Origin: an uncultured delta proteobacterium | GTDB lineage: Bacteria; Myxococcota; Myxococcia; Myxococcales; Myxococcaceae | Length of the DNA stretch: 64,000 nucleotides | Assembly: GCA_963796055.1 (NCBI GenBank) | Contig: CAWCKH010000003.1 | Location: 256,001-320,000 of the forward strand | Direction of reading: 5' to 3' | Part shown: piece by piece, positions 42,026 through 50,706 of the stretch | Numbering within the stretch: position 1 is the first letter of the stretch | How the letters are laid out: each line of letters opens with the position of its first letter | The notes under the pieces: model-generated | The model's database searches: none | Told to the model about the DNA's origin: nothing | What the model saw: the letters and a program-made list of their open reading frames with translations, nothing else | Position numbers and translations under genes: made by a program

Positions 42026-42769
42026 TCAACCCCCCAGCTCGAGGCGGGCGCCCAGGTCCCCGGGTAGGCCGGCGGCTCGGATCTTCCGCGCTGCACGCTC
42101 GGTGTCGTACGGCACCCGGTGGAACACCAGGACGTCGGCCACGTCGTCGAGCATCGCGTAGCAGGCGGCGGGGTTCCCGTCGCGGGGCTGACCCACCGAA
42201 CCGGGAATCACCAGCCAGCGGTGGAAGGTGGTCAGCTTGATGGGAGTCCCGGGGACGGGCCGGAACGCGCCCACCGAGCCGTCCGCGGCCAGGTGGTAGA
42301 GCGCCGGGGTGTGGGTATGGCCGCAGAAGATCTCCCGCGCCTTCACCGCACGAAGGCTCCGCGCCGCATCGGACGCCGACAGCACGTAGATCCACTGCGC
42401 CGGGTCCGTGGCACTGGCGTGGATGAGCAACCGGTCGCCACGCTCGATGGTCAGCGGGAGCCCGGCCAGGAACCCCAGCTGCTCCGGGGTGAGATGCTCC
42501 CGGGTCCAGGCCACCGCCCGCGCTGCGTCGGAGACCATCGACGGAGGCGCCCCGCGGGTGGCGGCCTCGTCGTGGTTGCCCTTCAGGGCCAGCGCCCCGG
42601 TGGCCACCGCGGCCTGCACCCGCTCCACCACCGCCCCGGGATCCGCCCCGTACCCCACCAGGTCGCCCAGGAAGACGAGCTGCTCTGCCCCCTGCTTCCC
42701 GGCGTGCTCCAGAACCGCCTCGAGCGCCTCGAGGTTCGCGTGGAGGTCAGTGAGGAGGGCCAGGCGCAT
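42026..42769 (-). CDS. Metallophosphoesterase (calcineurin-like)
   Basis: TDLHAN, LGDLVGYG, KGNHD, CGHTH, PGSVGQPRDG. Confidence 0.92.
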   Translation of the reverse strand: MRLALLTDLHANLEALEAVLEHAGKQGAEQLVFLGDLVGYGADPGAVVERVQAAVATGALALKGNHDEAATRGAPPSMVSDAARAVAWTREHLTPEQLGFLAGLPLTIERGDRLLIHASATDPAQWIYVLSASDAARSLRAVKAREIFCGHTHTPALYHLAADGSVGAFRPVPGTPIKLTTFHRWLVIPGSVGQPRDGNPAACYAMLDDVADVLVFHRVPYDTERAARKIRAAGLPGDLGARLELGG

Positions 42770-43014
42770 CGGGTCCACTTTCGTTCCGTCCGGGCTCGGT
42801 GTCATCCGTCTCCGGAACCGAATTCTCCCGTCCTCCTCGACTCTGAGACACCCTGGACCAGGATCGGCAGAAGGAAGGGAACAAGCTGCTCGGGTTCGGG
42901 CTGGGCGTGGGCGCGTGGGGAGTGGCGAGCGGCGTGCTGCTTGGGGCGGTGTGCCCGCTGTGCGTGGTGACCGCTCCGGCGCCGGTCGGCGCCGGCCTGA
43001 GGATGGCCATGCGG

Positions 43015-43281
43015 TCACCGTCGGGTCGGCGCCTTCCGTGGCCATATCTGGGCCACCGCGAACAGCGCCGCGACTGTGATCAGCGAGGCACACAGCACCG
43101 TGAACTCGAACGTGACCGGAACGTACGCGGGGATGGAGGCGAAGGGCGTCCCGCCCACGTTCGGCGGAGGGGACACCGCCGAGGTCCACCAAGCGTAGAA
43201 GAGCATCGTAGTGAGCCCGGTGAGCCCGGCAAAGAGGCAGACGTGGCTCAGCCGCGAGCGGCGCAGCCCCATGGCGGCAGG
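43015..43281 (-). pseudogene. Fragment of DUF3341/ActD (alternative complex III subunit D-like)
   Basis: AMGLRRSRL..GLTG..WWTSAV...NVGGTPF.S.PAYVPVTFEFTVL; both flanking parts of the protein are missing. Confidence 0.7.
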
Positions 43282-43534
43282 CTGTTCCCGGGTGAGGTTG
43301 GCGACGAATGGTCTTGCTGTCGGGCTCACGCGACCCCCTGGATGCGACGGGCCGAAGCAAGCGACGGGCCATCCCCAGCGAGCGCAAGCGTTCCAGCGCC
43401 AAGGGAGCGTGCGGCGAGGGTCGCCACGAACAACCGCGACAGAGGGTCACGGCTTGCATCCACCTCGCAGCCCGGCGCATCGTTTGCGCACGTGGGCCCG
43501 CGGTCCGCCGGTTTTGGGTCACCGGGCGTCCCCG

Positions 43535-44200
43535 ATGCTCCTCTTCCAGAAGCGCTTCCACGCAGGCCTCGTCGACGGGTCGATCCGCCTCACCTTCCGC
43601 CGCTGGCAAAAACCGCACGTCCGCCCGGGTGGGCGCTACCGTTGCCATCCCATCGGCGTGCTGGAGGTCGAGCAGGTGAACCGGATTCCCCTCGCGTCGA
43701 TCGGCGAGGACGACGCGCGGATGGCGGGCTTCTCCTCCCGGGAGGAGCTGTTGCGCTTCATGGCCGAGGGTCCGGGTGGGCCGATGACACCCGAGACCGA
43801 GGTTTGGCGCATCACCCTCCACCACGGGGGCGACGGCGACCGCGTGGAGATCGCTCTCGAGAGTCGCCTCACGCTCGAGGACGTGGAGACCCTCGGGCGT
43901 CGGCTCCACCGACTCGGGGCCTGGGCTATCCCCACGCTGCGGCTGATCGGCCGGCGACCGCGCGTCGCCGCCTCGGTGCTCGCCCGAAGCCTCGGGCGGG
44001 AGCGTGACCCGTTCAAGATCGACGTCCGGAAGTTGAAGCGTCTCGGGCTCACCCAGAGCTTCGAGGTCGGCTACGAGCTGTCGCCCCGCGGCCGGGCGTT
44101 CCTGGAAGCGCTCCCGCGTCGGAAGCCGGCGGCAGGGCGTACCGTGACGGGGCGCCATCGTCCAGCGTCATCCGCACGTTCGAGCCGACGTCGCCGGTGA
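43535..44200 (+). CDS. Conserved protein with ASCH/PUA-like N-terminus and winged-helix-like C-terminus
   Basis: DGSIRLTFRRW..PHVRPG, DDARMAGF, FKIDVRKLKRLGLT.S.EVGYELSPRG. Confidence 0.7.
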   Translation: MLLFQKRFHAGLVDGSIRLTFRRWQKPHVRPGGRYRCHPIGVLEVEQVNRIPLASIGEDDARMAGFSSREELLRFMAEGPGGPMTPETEVWRITLHHGGDGDRVEIALESRLTLEDVETLGRRLHRLGAWAIPTLRLIGRRPRVAASVLARSLGRERDPFKIDVRKLKRLGLTQSFEVGYELSPRGRAFLEALPRRKPAAGRTVTGRHRPASSARSSRRRR

Positions 44201-44417
44201 GCCTCGCCCTGACCACAATGAGCCGCCAGAAGGGCATCGCGACCTCGCGCAGCGGCCCGACCGCTCGGAACCCACGCGCACGGAGCCCATGCCGTCCAAC
44301 CGCTCGAAATTCCCATGCCGTCCGGGGGGGCACATCGCCTCGACGCAAACGGTGCGGCACCCTTCCGCCCAGGCCGCAGTCCCCGCGCCGGCCTGACCCC
44401 ATTCGCCGGTACAGCGG

Positions 44418-44433
44418 AGGCACCGCGCTTGCA
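44418..44433 (+). promoter_or_regulatory. Putative sigma-54 promoter of hemN
   Basis: AGGCACCGCGCTTGCA matches TGGCAC-N5-TTGCA; ends 15 nt before the ATG. Confidence 0.5.
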
Positions 44434-44447
44434 CGACCGCCCCGCCG

Positions 44448-45842
44448 ATGGAGTCCCGACGCCAGGCGGTCCGGACCGCAGCCCCGGCGGGGATCGACCA
44501 CGCCCTGCTCGAACGCTACGGCGCCGTTCCGGTCCCGCGTTACACCAGCTACCCGCCAGCGAACCACTGGGAGTCGAGGTTCGGCGAGGCCGAGGGCCGC
44601 GAGACGTTCCGGAGCGCCGGAGGCCGGCCCGCCTCCCTGTACGTTCACGTGCCGTTCTGCCGGAAGCTCTGCTACTACTGCGGCTGCAACATGCTGGTCA
44701 CCCGGAGCGAGTCGCTCGTCGAGCGATACCTCCGCGCGCTGGAGCTGGAGCTCGATCGGATCACCGCTCTGCTCCCCGCCCGGCCCGAGGTGGTGCAGGT
44801 CCACCTGGGCGGCGGGACCCCGACGTACCTCGACCCGGACCAGCTCGCCCGGCTCGCCGACACCATCCAGGCCCGCCTGCCCTGGAAGGCCGGCATCGAG
44901 GCCTCGATCGAGATTCACCCCGCCGTCACCAGTGTCGAGCAGATCCGCACCCTGGCCCGGCTCGGCTTCAACCGCGTCAGCATGGGCGTGCAGGACTTCG
45001 ACCCGGCCGTCCAGCGCCGCATCAACCGCAAGCAGTCCTTCGAGGAGACCCGGGAGCTCATCCAGGAGAGCCGGGAGCGCGGCTTCGTCAGCGTCAACGT
45101 CGATCTCATGTACGGGCTGCCGCTGCAGACCGTGGACCGGTTCCAGCGCACCCTGGACCGCGTCGAGGAGCTGCGGCCCGACCGCATCGCCCTCTTCGGC
45201 TACGCGCACGTGCCGTCGATGAAGAAGCACCAGCGGCTCTTCGAGCCCGGGGAGCTGCCCGGGCCCGCGGAGCGGCTGGCGCTGCTCGAGACCTCCATCC
45301 AGCGGCTGCTCGCCGCCGGATACGCGCACGTGGGGCTGGACCACTTCGCGCTGCAGGGCGACGAGCTCTGCCGCGCCCGCGCCGCCGGCACCCTCCGCCG
45401 CAACTTCATGGGCTACACCACCTGTGCCGACAGCGACGTGCTCGCCTTCGGCCCCTCCGCCATCTCGGAGGTGTCCGGCACCTACGTACAGAACGCCCGC
45501 GAGGTGCACGACTGGGCCACCATGCTCGAGGCGGGCCGGCTTCCGGCGGTCCGCGGCCACCGCCCGAGCGCCGAGGATCGGGCCCGGAGCGCCCTGATCA
45601 TGGAGCTCTTCTGCAGCCTTGAGGTCGACCTGGAAGCGCTCCGCGCCCGCTTCCCCGGAACCCTCCAGGACCTGGGTGCGGAGACCCGCGACCTCGCCGG
45701 GCTGGAGCGTGATGGGCTGGTGGAGCGGGAGGGCGCTCGGCTCCGCGTCACTCCCCGGGGTCAGCTGCTCCTGCGTACCGTGGCCGCCCCGTTCGACACC
45801 TACCACCGGGCCGACGCCCGGCTACATGCCCCTGCTCTATGA
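44448..45842 (+). CDS. hemN: Oxygen-independent coproporphyrinogen III oxidase (radical SAM)
   Basis: PRYTSYP, LYVHVPFCRKLCYYCGC, HLGGGTPT, RVSMGVQDF, DLMYGLP, GLDHF, RRNFMGYTT. Confidence 0.93.
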   Translation: MESRRQAVRTAAPAGIDHALLERYGAVPVPRYTSYPPANHWESRFGEAEGRETFRSAGGRPASLYVHVPFCRKLCYYCGCNMLVTRSESLVERYLRALELELDRITALLPARPEVVQVHLGGGTPTYLDPDQLARLADTIQARLPWKAGIEASIEIHPAVTSVEQIRTLARLGFNRVSMGVQDFDPAVQRRINRKQSFEETRELIQESRERGFVSVNVDLMYGLPLQTVDRFQRTLDRVEELRPDRIALFGYAHVPSMKKHQRLFEPGELPGPAERLALLETSIQRLLAAGYAHVGLDHFALQGDELCRARAAGTLRRNFMGYTTCADSDVLAFGPSAISEVSGTYVQNAREVHDWATMLEAGRLPAVRGHRPSAEDRARSALIMELFCSLEVDLEALRARFPGTLQDLGAETRDLAGLERDGLVEREGARLRVTPRGQLLLRTVAAPFDTYHRADARLHAPAL

Positions 45843-45934
45843 CCGCCGAATCTTCCGCTTCCTCAACGAGCTCCCCACCGTCCTGATGATCGTCATCGTC
45901 ATCATTGGTGATCGTGAAACCGTTCGCTCGCTGA
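45839..45934 (+). pseudogene. hemJ: Scar of protoporphyrinogen oxidase HemJ (C-terminal helix only)
   Basis: RIFRFLNELPTVLMIVIVI then a frameshift to LVIVKPFAR*, matching the HemJ end (FR..NE.PT.LM..IV...V.KPF); an ATG overlaps the hemN stop. Confidence 0.7.
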
Positions 45935-46024
45935 GTAACCGAATCGCCTGCCAGGTGTTGGACCCGGTGTGGATGAGGGAGTAAGGCAGATTCGTCGAGG
46001 GGAGCCGAGAGCGGGGCACGGACC

Positions 46025-46786
46025 ATGACCAGCCGCTTGAGCCGCTGGACGACGCTGCTGGTCACCTTCGCGGGGATCGGGTTGCCCTGGCTCTTCGCCC
46101 GGAAGGCGCTGGACCCGAACGATCCGGCTGCCCAGGCGGTCTCCTTCCTCCCCGCCCCGTACGCCTTCATCATCTGGGCGCCCATCTACACCGGATTCCT
46201 CATCTTCGCGGTCTGGCAGGCGCTCCCCGCCCAGGCGGGCAACCCACGCGTCGCGGCGATCCGCCCCTGGCTGATGCTGACCGCAGTGCTCAACGCCGCC
46301 TGGATCGGCGCGCTGGCCCTTCGCCATCCGGTCTGGACCGTTCCGATCATCTTCCTGATGCTGGCGGTGGCGATCAAGATGCACGTGGTGGGGCGGATCG
46401 GAGGCGCGAACACCGGACCGGCCGAGGCCTGGCTCCGGCTCCCCGTCTCGCTCTACGTCGGATGGCTGGTGGTGGCCACGTTCGTCAACCTCTCCACCGA
46501 GCTGGCCCGGATGGGGTGGGATGGCTTCGGATGGAGCCCGGTGACCTGGGGAATCTTGATGATCGTCGCCAGCTCGATCGTCGGGCTGGTGATCCGCTTC
46601 CGGCTCGACGACCCGATGATCGGCGCGGCCTTCGTCTGGGCGTACCTGGCCATCGTGGTCCAGCAGCAGGAAGCGCCACTGGTGGCGCTGTTCGCCGGCA
46701 TTGCTGCCGCGCTCTCCCTCTTCTCGCTCTTCGTCCGGGACCGGCAGGCTCCACGCTCGACCCGGAGCGAGTGCGCCGAGGTCTAG
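46025..46786 (+). CDS. Tryptophan-rich multi-TM protein (TspO/MBR-like)
   Basis: PAPYAFIIWAPIY, LNAAW, SLYVGWLVVATFVN, VWAYLAI. Confidence 0.7.
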   Translation: MTSRLSRWTTLLVTFAGIGLPWLFARKALDPNDPAAQAVSFLPAPYAFIIWAPIYTGFLIFAVWQALPAQAGNPRVAAIRPWLMLTAVLNAAWIGALALRHPVWTVPIIFLMLAVAIKMHVVGRIGGANTGPAEAWLRLPVSLYVGWLVVATFVNLSTELARMGWDGFGWSPVTWGILMIVASSIVGLVIRFRLDDPMIGAAFVWAYLAIVVQQQEAPLVALFAGIAAALSLFSLFVRDRQAPRSTRSECAEV

Positions 46787-46801
46787 CCCCGGGGCACGGA
46801 C

Positions 46802-47302
46802 CTAGGGTCGGTCGAGATCCCGCCCGAACCAGGCGCTGCCGTGCGGATTCTCGTTGTAGCGGGGAATCCGCGCGTAGCCCGCCGAGAGGTAGAGCGCCGC
46901 CGCCTCGGTGAGCGGCGCCGCGGTGTCGAGGACGAGCCGCCGGGCCCCGAGGCCCCGCGCCACCTCCTCCACCCCGGCGAGCAGCGCGCGCCCGAGCCCA
47001 CGTCCGCGGAACTCTGGAGCGAGGAAGAAATGCTTCAGCTCCAGCACCCCTGCACCCATCGGCCGGAGGCCCGCGCAGCCCGCTGCCCTCGCCTCGTGCC
47101 ATCCGAGCACCACCGCCGCGCCGGGACCCCGGAAGTCCTCCGGCCAGCGCGAGGCGATCTCGACCTCCGCCGAGGCCAGCCGGTCACGCAGCTCGCGGAA
47201 GTAGGCCTCCAGCAGCCGCCCTGCTTCGGGCGCGTCCGGATCGACGGCGGAGACACGCAGCGGTGGGGACCCGATCGCCACGCCCCGAGGATTAATCGCC
47301 AC
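46802..47302 (-). CDS. GNAT family N-acetyltransferase
   Basis: ELKHFFLAPEFRGRGLGRALL, LVLDT, AAALYLSAGY, PRYNEN. Confidence 0.88.
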   Translation of the reverse strand: MAINPRGVAIGSPPLRVSAVDPDAPEAGRLLEAYFRELRDRLASAEVEIASRWPEDFRGPGAAVVLGWHEARAAGCAGLRPMGAGVLELKHFFLAPEFRGRGLGRALLAGVEEVARGLGARRLVLDTAAPLTEAAALYLSAGYARIPRYNENPHGSAWFGRDLDRP

Positions 47303-47354
47303 CGGCGAGCACAGTCCGCGGCTCGGGCGGCGAGAACAGCCCCGGAGCGGCGGT

Positions 47355-48377
47355 TCAGGCCAGCGAGTCCATCACCTCGTCGAGCACCTTCTTCGGTGGC
47401 CGGACCCGCTCCTGGGGCAGGGTGGCCAGGGGCGCATCGGTGACCCCGAGCAGGTCGTAGAAGCTGGGCAGCTCGGTGTTCACGTACAGCACCCCGGTCA
47501 GCACCTCCTGCTGGGCGTGCGAGGTCATGATGCGGGTCACGGCCGCGAGCTTGTCGCGCGGGTCGTACCCCTCCTCCACCTTGCGCAGCTGCAGCCGCGA
47601 GCCGTCGTGCATCTTCACCGAGAGGGTCGTGCCCGGGTCGTACTCCACCGCGATGTCCTCGTACGAGGGAATGAACGACAGCTCGTGGATCGGCTCGTCG
47701 TGGTCCTTCATGTACGAGTACGACTTGGTGGACCCTTCGTGGTCGTTGAAGGTCACGCAGGGCGAGATGACGTCCAGCACCGCCGTCCCCCGGTGCACCG
47801 TGGCCGCCTTGAGCATCGCCGACAGCTGCTTCTTGTCCCCGGAGAAGCTCCGACCGACGAAGGTGGCCCCCAGCTGGATGGCGAGTAGACAGGTGTCGAT
47901 CGCCGGGAGCTGGTTCACCACCCCGGACTTGGAGGTCGAGCCCGCGTCGGCGGTGGCGCTGAACTGCCCCTTGGTGAGCCCGTACACTCCGTTGTCCTCG
48001 ATGATGTAGACCAGCGGCAGGTTCCGCCGGACCAGGTGCACGAACTGACCCACGCCGATGGACGCGGTGTCCCCGTCGCCCGAAACCCCGAGGCCGATCA
48101 AGGTGCGGTTGGCGAGCAGCGCCCCGGTCGCCACCGAGGGCATGCGCCCATGCACCGCGTTGAAGCTGTGCGCCCGGCTCATGAAATAGGCCGGGGTCTT
48201 CGACGAGCAGCCGATACCGGACAGCTTCGCCACCCGCTCGGGGGCGATGCCCAGCTCGTACATCGATTCCAGAATTCGCTCGCTGATCGCGTTGTGCCCG
48301 CAGCCTGCGCAAAGCGTCGTCTTGCTGCCCTTGTAGTCGGCCTGGGTCAGCCCCAGCCGGTTGGTCTTCTCGGCCAT
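47355..48377 (-). CDS. 2-oxoacid:ferredoxin oxidoreductase beta subunit
   Basis: LCAGCGH, SGIGCSSK, HGRM, SGDGD, NGVYGLTKGQ, SPCVTFN. Confidence 0.94.
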   Translation of the reverse strand: MAEKTNRLGLTQADYKGSKTTLCAGCGHNAISERILESMYELGIAPERVAKLSGIGCSSKTPAYFMSRAHSFNAVHGRMPSVATGALLANRTLIGLGVSGDGDTASIGVGQFVHLVRRNLPLVYIIEDNGVYGLTKGQFSATADAGSTSKSGVVNQLPAIDTCLLAIQLGATFVGRSFSGDKKQLSAMLKAATVHRGTAVLDVISPCVTFNDHEGSTKSYSYMKDHDEPIHELSFIPSYEDIAVEYDPGTTLSVKMHDGSRLQLRKVEEGYDPRDKLAAVTRIMTSHAQQEVLTGVLYVNTELPSFYDLLGVTDAPLATLPQERVRPPKKVLDEVMDSLA

Positions 48378-48379
48378 GG

Positions 48380-50179
48380 TTACCGGCCCTCCCGGGCCGC
48401 GATCTCGTCGGTCACGCTGCGCGCGTCCAGCGGCAGCCCGGGGATGTGGGCCACCGGGCGCAGCCTGGTGGTCAGCTCCGCCGGCAGGTCGAGCTTCAGC
48501 AGCGCGGCCAGCTGGCCGTCGCGGTTCTGCTCCACCACGTAGACTCTCGGATGCCGCTCGATGAACGCCTTCACCGCGGGCGAGAACGGGTAGGCGAGCA
48601 ACCGCAGGTAGTCGGTTCGCAGGCCCTTCTCCCGGGTGAGCTGGTCGCGCGACTCGATGAGCGCGTGGTGACTCGAGCCGTAGCCGATGATGCCCACCTC
48701 GGCCCCGGCCTCGTCCACCATCGGCGCGGGGAGCTCCCGCCGGGCGGTGTCCATCTTCCGCTCCAGCCGGTTGAGGTTGTTCACCCAGTCGTCGGTCCGC
48801 TCCGAGTACTGGGCCTTCTCGTTGTGGCCTGTCCCGCGGGTGAAGTACGCCGCCGCCGGGTGGTCCGTGCCGGGCAGCGTCCGGTAGCCAATGCCGTCGC
48901 CGTCCACGTCCCGGTACCGCTCGAAGCCTCCCAGCCGCTCCAGATCCTCCCTGGAGAGCACCTTGCCCCGGGCGATGGGCTTGTCCGGGTACGGGAAGGG
49001 CTCGGACATCCAGTAGTTCATCCCCAGGTCCAGGTCCGACATCACGAACACCGGGGCCTGGAAGCGCTCGGCGATGTCGAACGCCTCCACCCCGAAGCGG
49101 AAGCACTCCTCGACCGAGCCGGGGAACAGCAGAATCTGCCGGGTGTCGCCGTGGGAGAGGAAGGCAGTGGACAGCACGTCGCCCTGCGAGGTCCGGGTAG
49201 GCAACCCCGTCGACGGCCCCACCCGCTGCACGTCCCAGATGACCGCGGGGATCTCCGCGAAGTAGGCCAGGCCGGCGAACTCGGACATGAGCGAGATGCC
49301 CGGCCCCGCGGTGGCGGTCATCGCCCGCGCGCCCGCCCAGCCCGCGCCCACCACCATGCCCACCGCCGCCAGCTCGTCCTCGGCCTGCACGATGGCGAAG
49401 GTGCTCTTGCCGTCCGGCCCCTGACGGTAGCGCCGCATGTAGCCGATGAGCGTCTCCACCAGCGAGGACGAGGGGGTGATGGGATACCAGGTCACCACCG
49501 TGACCCCGCCGAACATCGCCCCCAGCGCCGCGGCCGCGTTCCCGTCGATGATGATCTTCCCCCGGTTGGCGTCCATCCGGCGAATCTGGAACGGGTCCTT
49601 CTTCTCCAGCGAGGACTTCGCGAAGTCGAATCCGGCCCGCGCCGCGCGCACGTTCAGCTCGGCCGCCTTGGCCTTCTTCCGGAACTGCTTGGTGATCGCC
49701 GCCTCTACCTCGCCCATCTCCAGGGACAGGAGATCTGCCACCACCCCGACGTAGGCCATGTTCTTGAGCAGCTTCTTGAGCTTTGCGTCCCCGGTGACCG
49801 GCTGGATCACCTTGTCGAACGGCACCGGGTAGAAGGCGAGGTCGGAGCGGAGGCCGCCGAGCTGCAGCGGCTCGTCGAAGACCACCGCCGAGCCGGGGCG
49901 CAAGGAGAGCACGTCCTCGTGCGCGGTCTCGGAGTTCATGGCCACCAGGAGATCGGTCTCCTTCTTCCGGCCAATCCACCCGTCCTTGCTGGCGCGGATG
50001 GTGTACCAGGTGGGCAGCCCGGCGATGTTCGAGGGGAAGAGGTTCTTCCCGGACACCGGCACGCCCATCTGGAACAGGGTCCGGAGCAGCACCATGTTCG
50101 CGCTCTGCGAGCCGGACCCGTTCACGGTCGCGACCTGCAGGCTCATGTCGTTGATCACCGCCGATGCGGGCTGGCTCAT
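48380..50179 (-). CDS. 2-oxoacid:acceptor oxidoreductase alpha subunit (gamma-alpha fusion)
   Basis: NGSGSQSAN, WYPITPSS, QAEDELAA, TAGPGISLMSE, QRVGPSTGLPT, VVEQN. Confidence 0.94.
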   Translation of the reverse strand: MSQPASAVINDMSLQVATVNGSGSQSANMVLLRTLFQMGVPVSGKNLFPSNIAGLPTWYTIRASKDGWIGRKKETDLLVAMNSETAHEDVLSLRPGSAVVFDEPLQLGGLRSDLAFYPVPFDKVIQPVTGDAKLKKLLKNMAYVGVVADLLSLEMGEVEAAITKQFRKKAKAAELNVRAARAGFDFAKSSLEKKDPFQIRRMDANRGKIIIDGNAAAALGAMFGGVTVVTWYPITPSSSLVETLIGYMRRYRQGPDGKSTFAIVQAEDELAAVGMVVGAGWAGARAMTATAGPGISLMSEFAGLAYFAEIPAVIWDVQRVGPSTGLPTRTSQGDVLSTAFLSHGDTRQILLFPGSVEECFRFGVEAFDIAERFQAPVFVMSDLDLGMNYWMSEPFPYPDKPIARGKVLSREDLERLGGFERYRDVDGDGIGYRTLPGTDHPAAAYFTRGTGHNEKAQYSERTDDWVNNLNRLERKMDTARRELPAPMVDEAGAEVGIIGYGSSHHALIESRDQLTREKGLRTDYLRLLAYPFSPAVKAFIERHPRVYVVEQNRDGQLAALLKLDLPAELTTRLRPVAHIPGLPLDARSVTDEIAAREGR

Positions 50180-50262
50180 GGACCTCCTCGTCCAGGTGGC
50201 TTGCTGGCTACAGTCGCACCGCGAGGCAAGCCGGGCAAATAGAGTGCGGCCCTCGGTCGACG

Positions 50263-50532
50263 CTAGCGCGGCCTGGACCCTGAGTGCGGCCCGGTCGAAC
50301 GCACGGCCCGGGTGTGCGATTCCCCACGCAACCCCAGCTTGCGTTCGGCCCACCGCGTCGCGCCAAACACCGCGGCCCAGAGCGCGAGCCCGGCGGCCAC
50401 CCGTGGGCCCGCCCAGCGGAGCGCCGGTCCGCGGCGGCGCCGCTCCCGGCTCGCCAGCCAGGTGAAGAGCGCGAGCAGGCCAATCCACACCCCGGTGGCC
50501 ACCGCCCAGGCAATCGCGTCGTCTCGCTCCAT
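50263..50532 (-). CDS. Small hypothetical membrane protein
   Basis: Two hydrophobic segments (MERDDAIAWAVATGVWIGLL...). Confidence 0.4.
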   Translation of the reverse strand: MERDDAIAWAVATGVWIGLLALFTWLASRERRRRGPALRWAGPRVAAGLALWAAVFGATRWAERKLGLRGESHTRAVRSTGPHSGSRPR

Positions 50533-50706
50533 GCGCCCCGCACGCACCGTGCCACAGTCCCCACCCCCCGGCGCCACTGGTCGTGGGGACGGTGGTACAC
50601 GAGTCCACCTCCGGACCCAGGGGGACGGGCGCTGGTGGACGCCGGGTCGAGCAGCGCCGGCTGCAGAGGACTTGCAACGCACCCGCGATTTGCACGAAGG
50701 GGGGGC

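Noticed and set aside
50540..50554. Sigma-54-like TGGCACGGTGCGTGC on the minus strand
   Set aside because: The implied start site falls inside the adjacent small ORF, so it cannot be assigned with confidence
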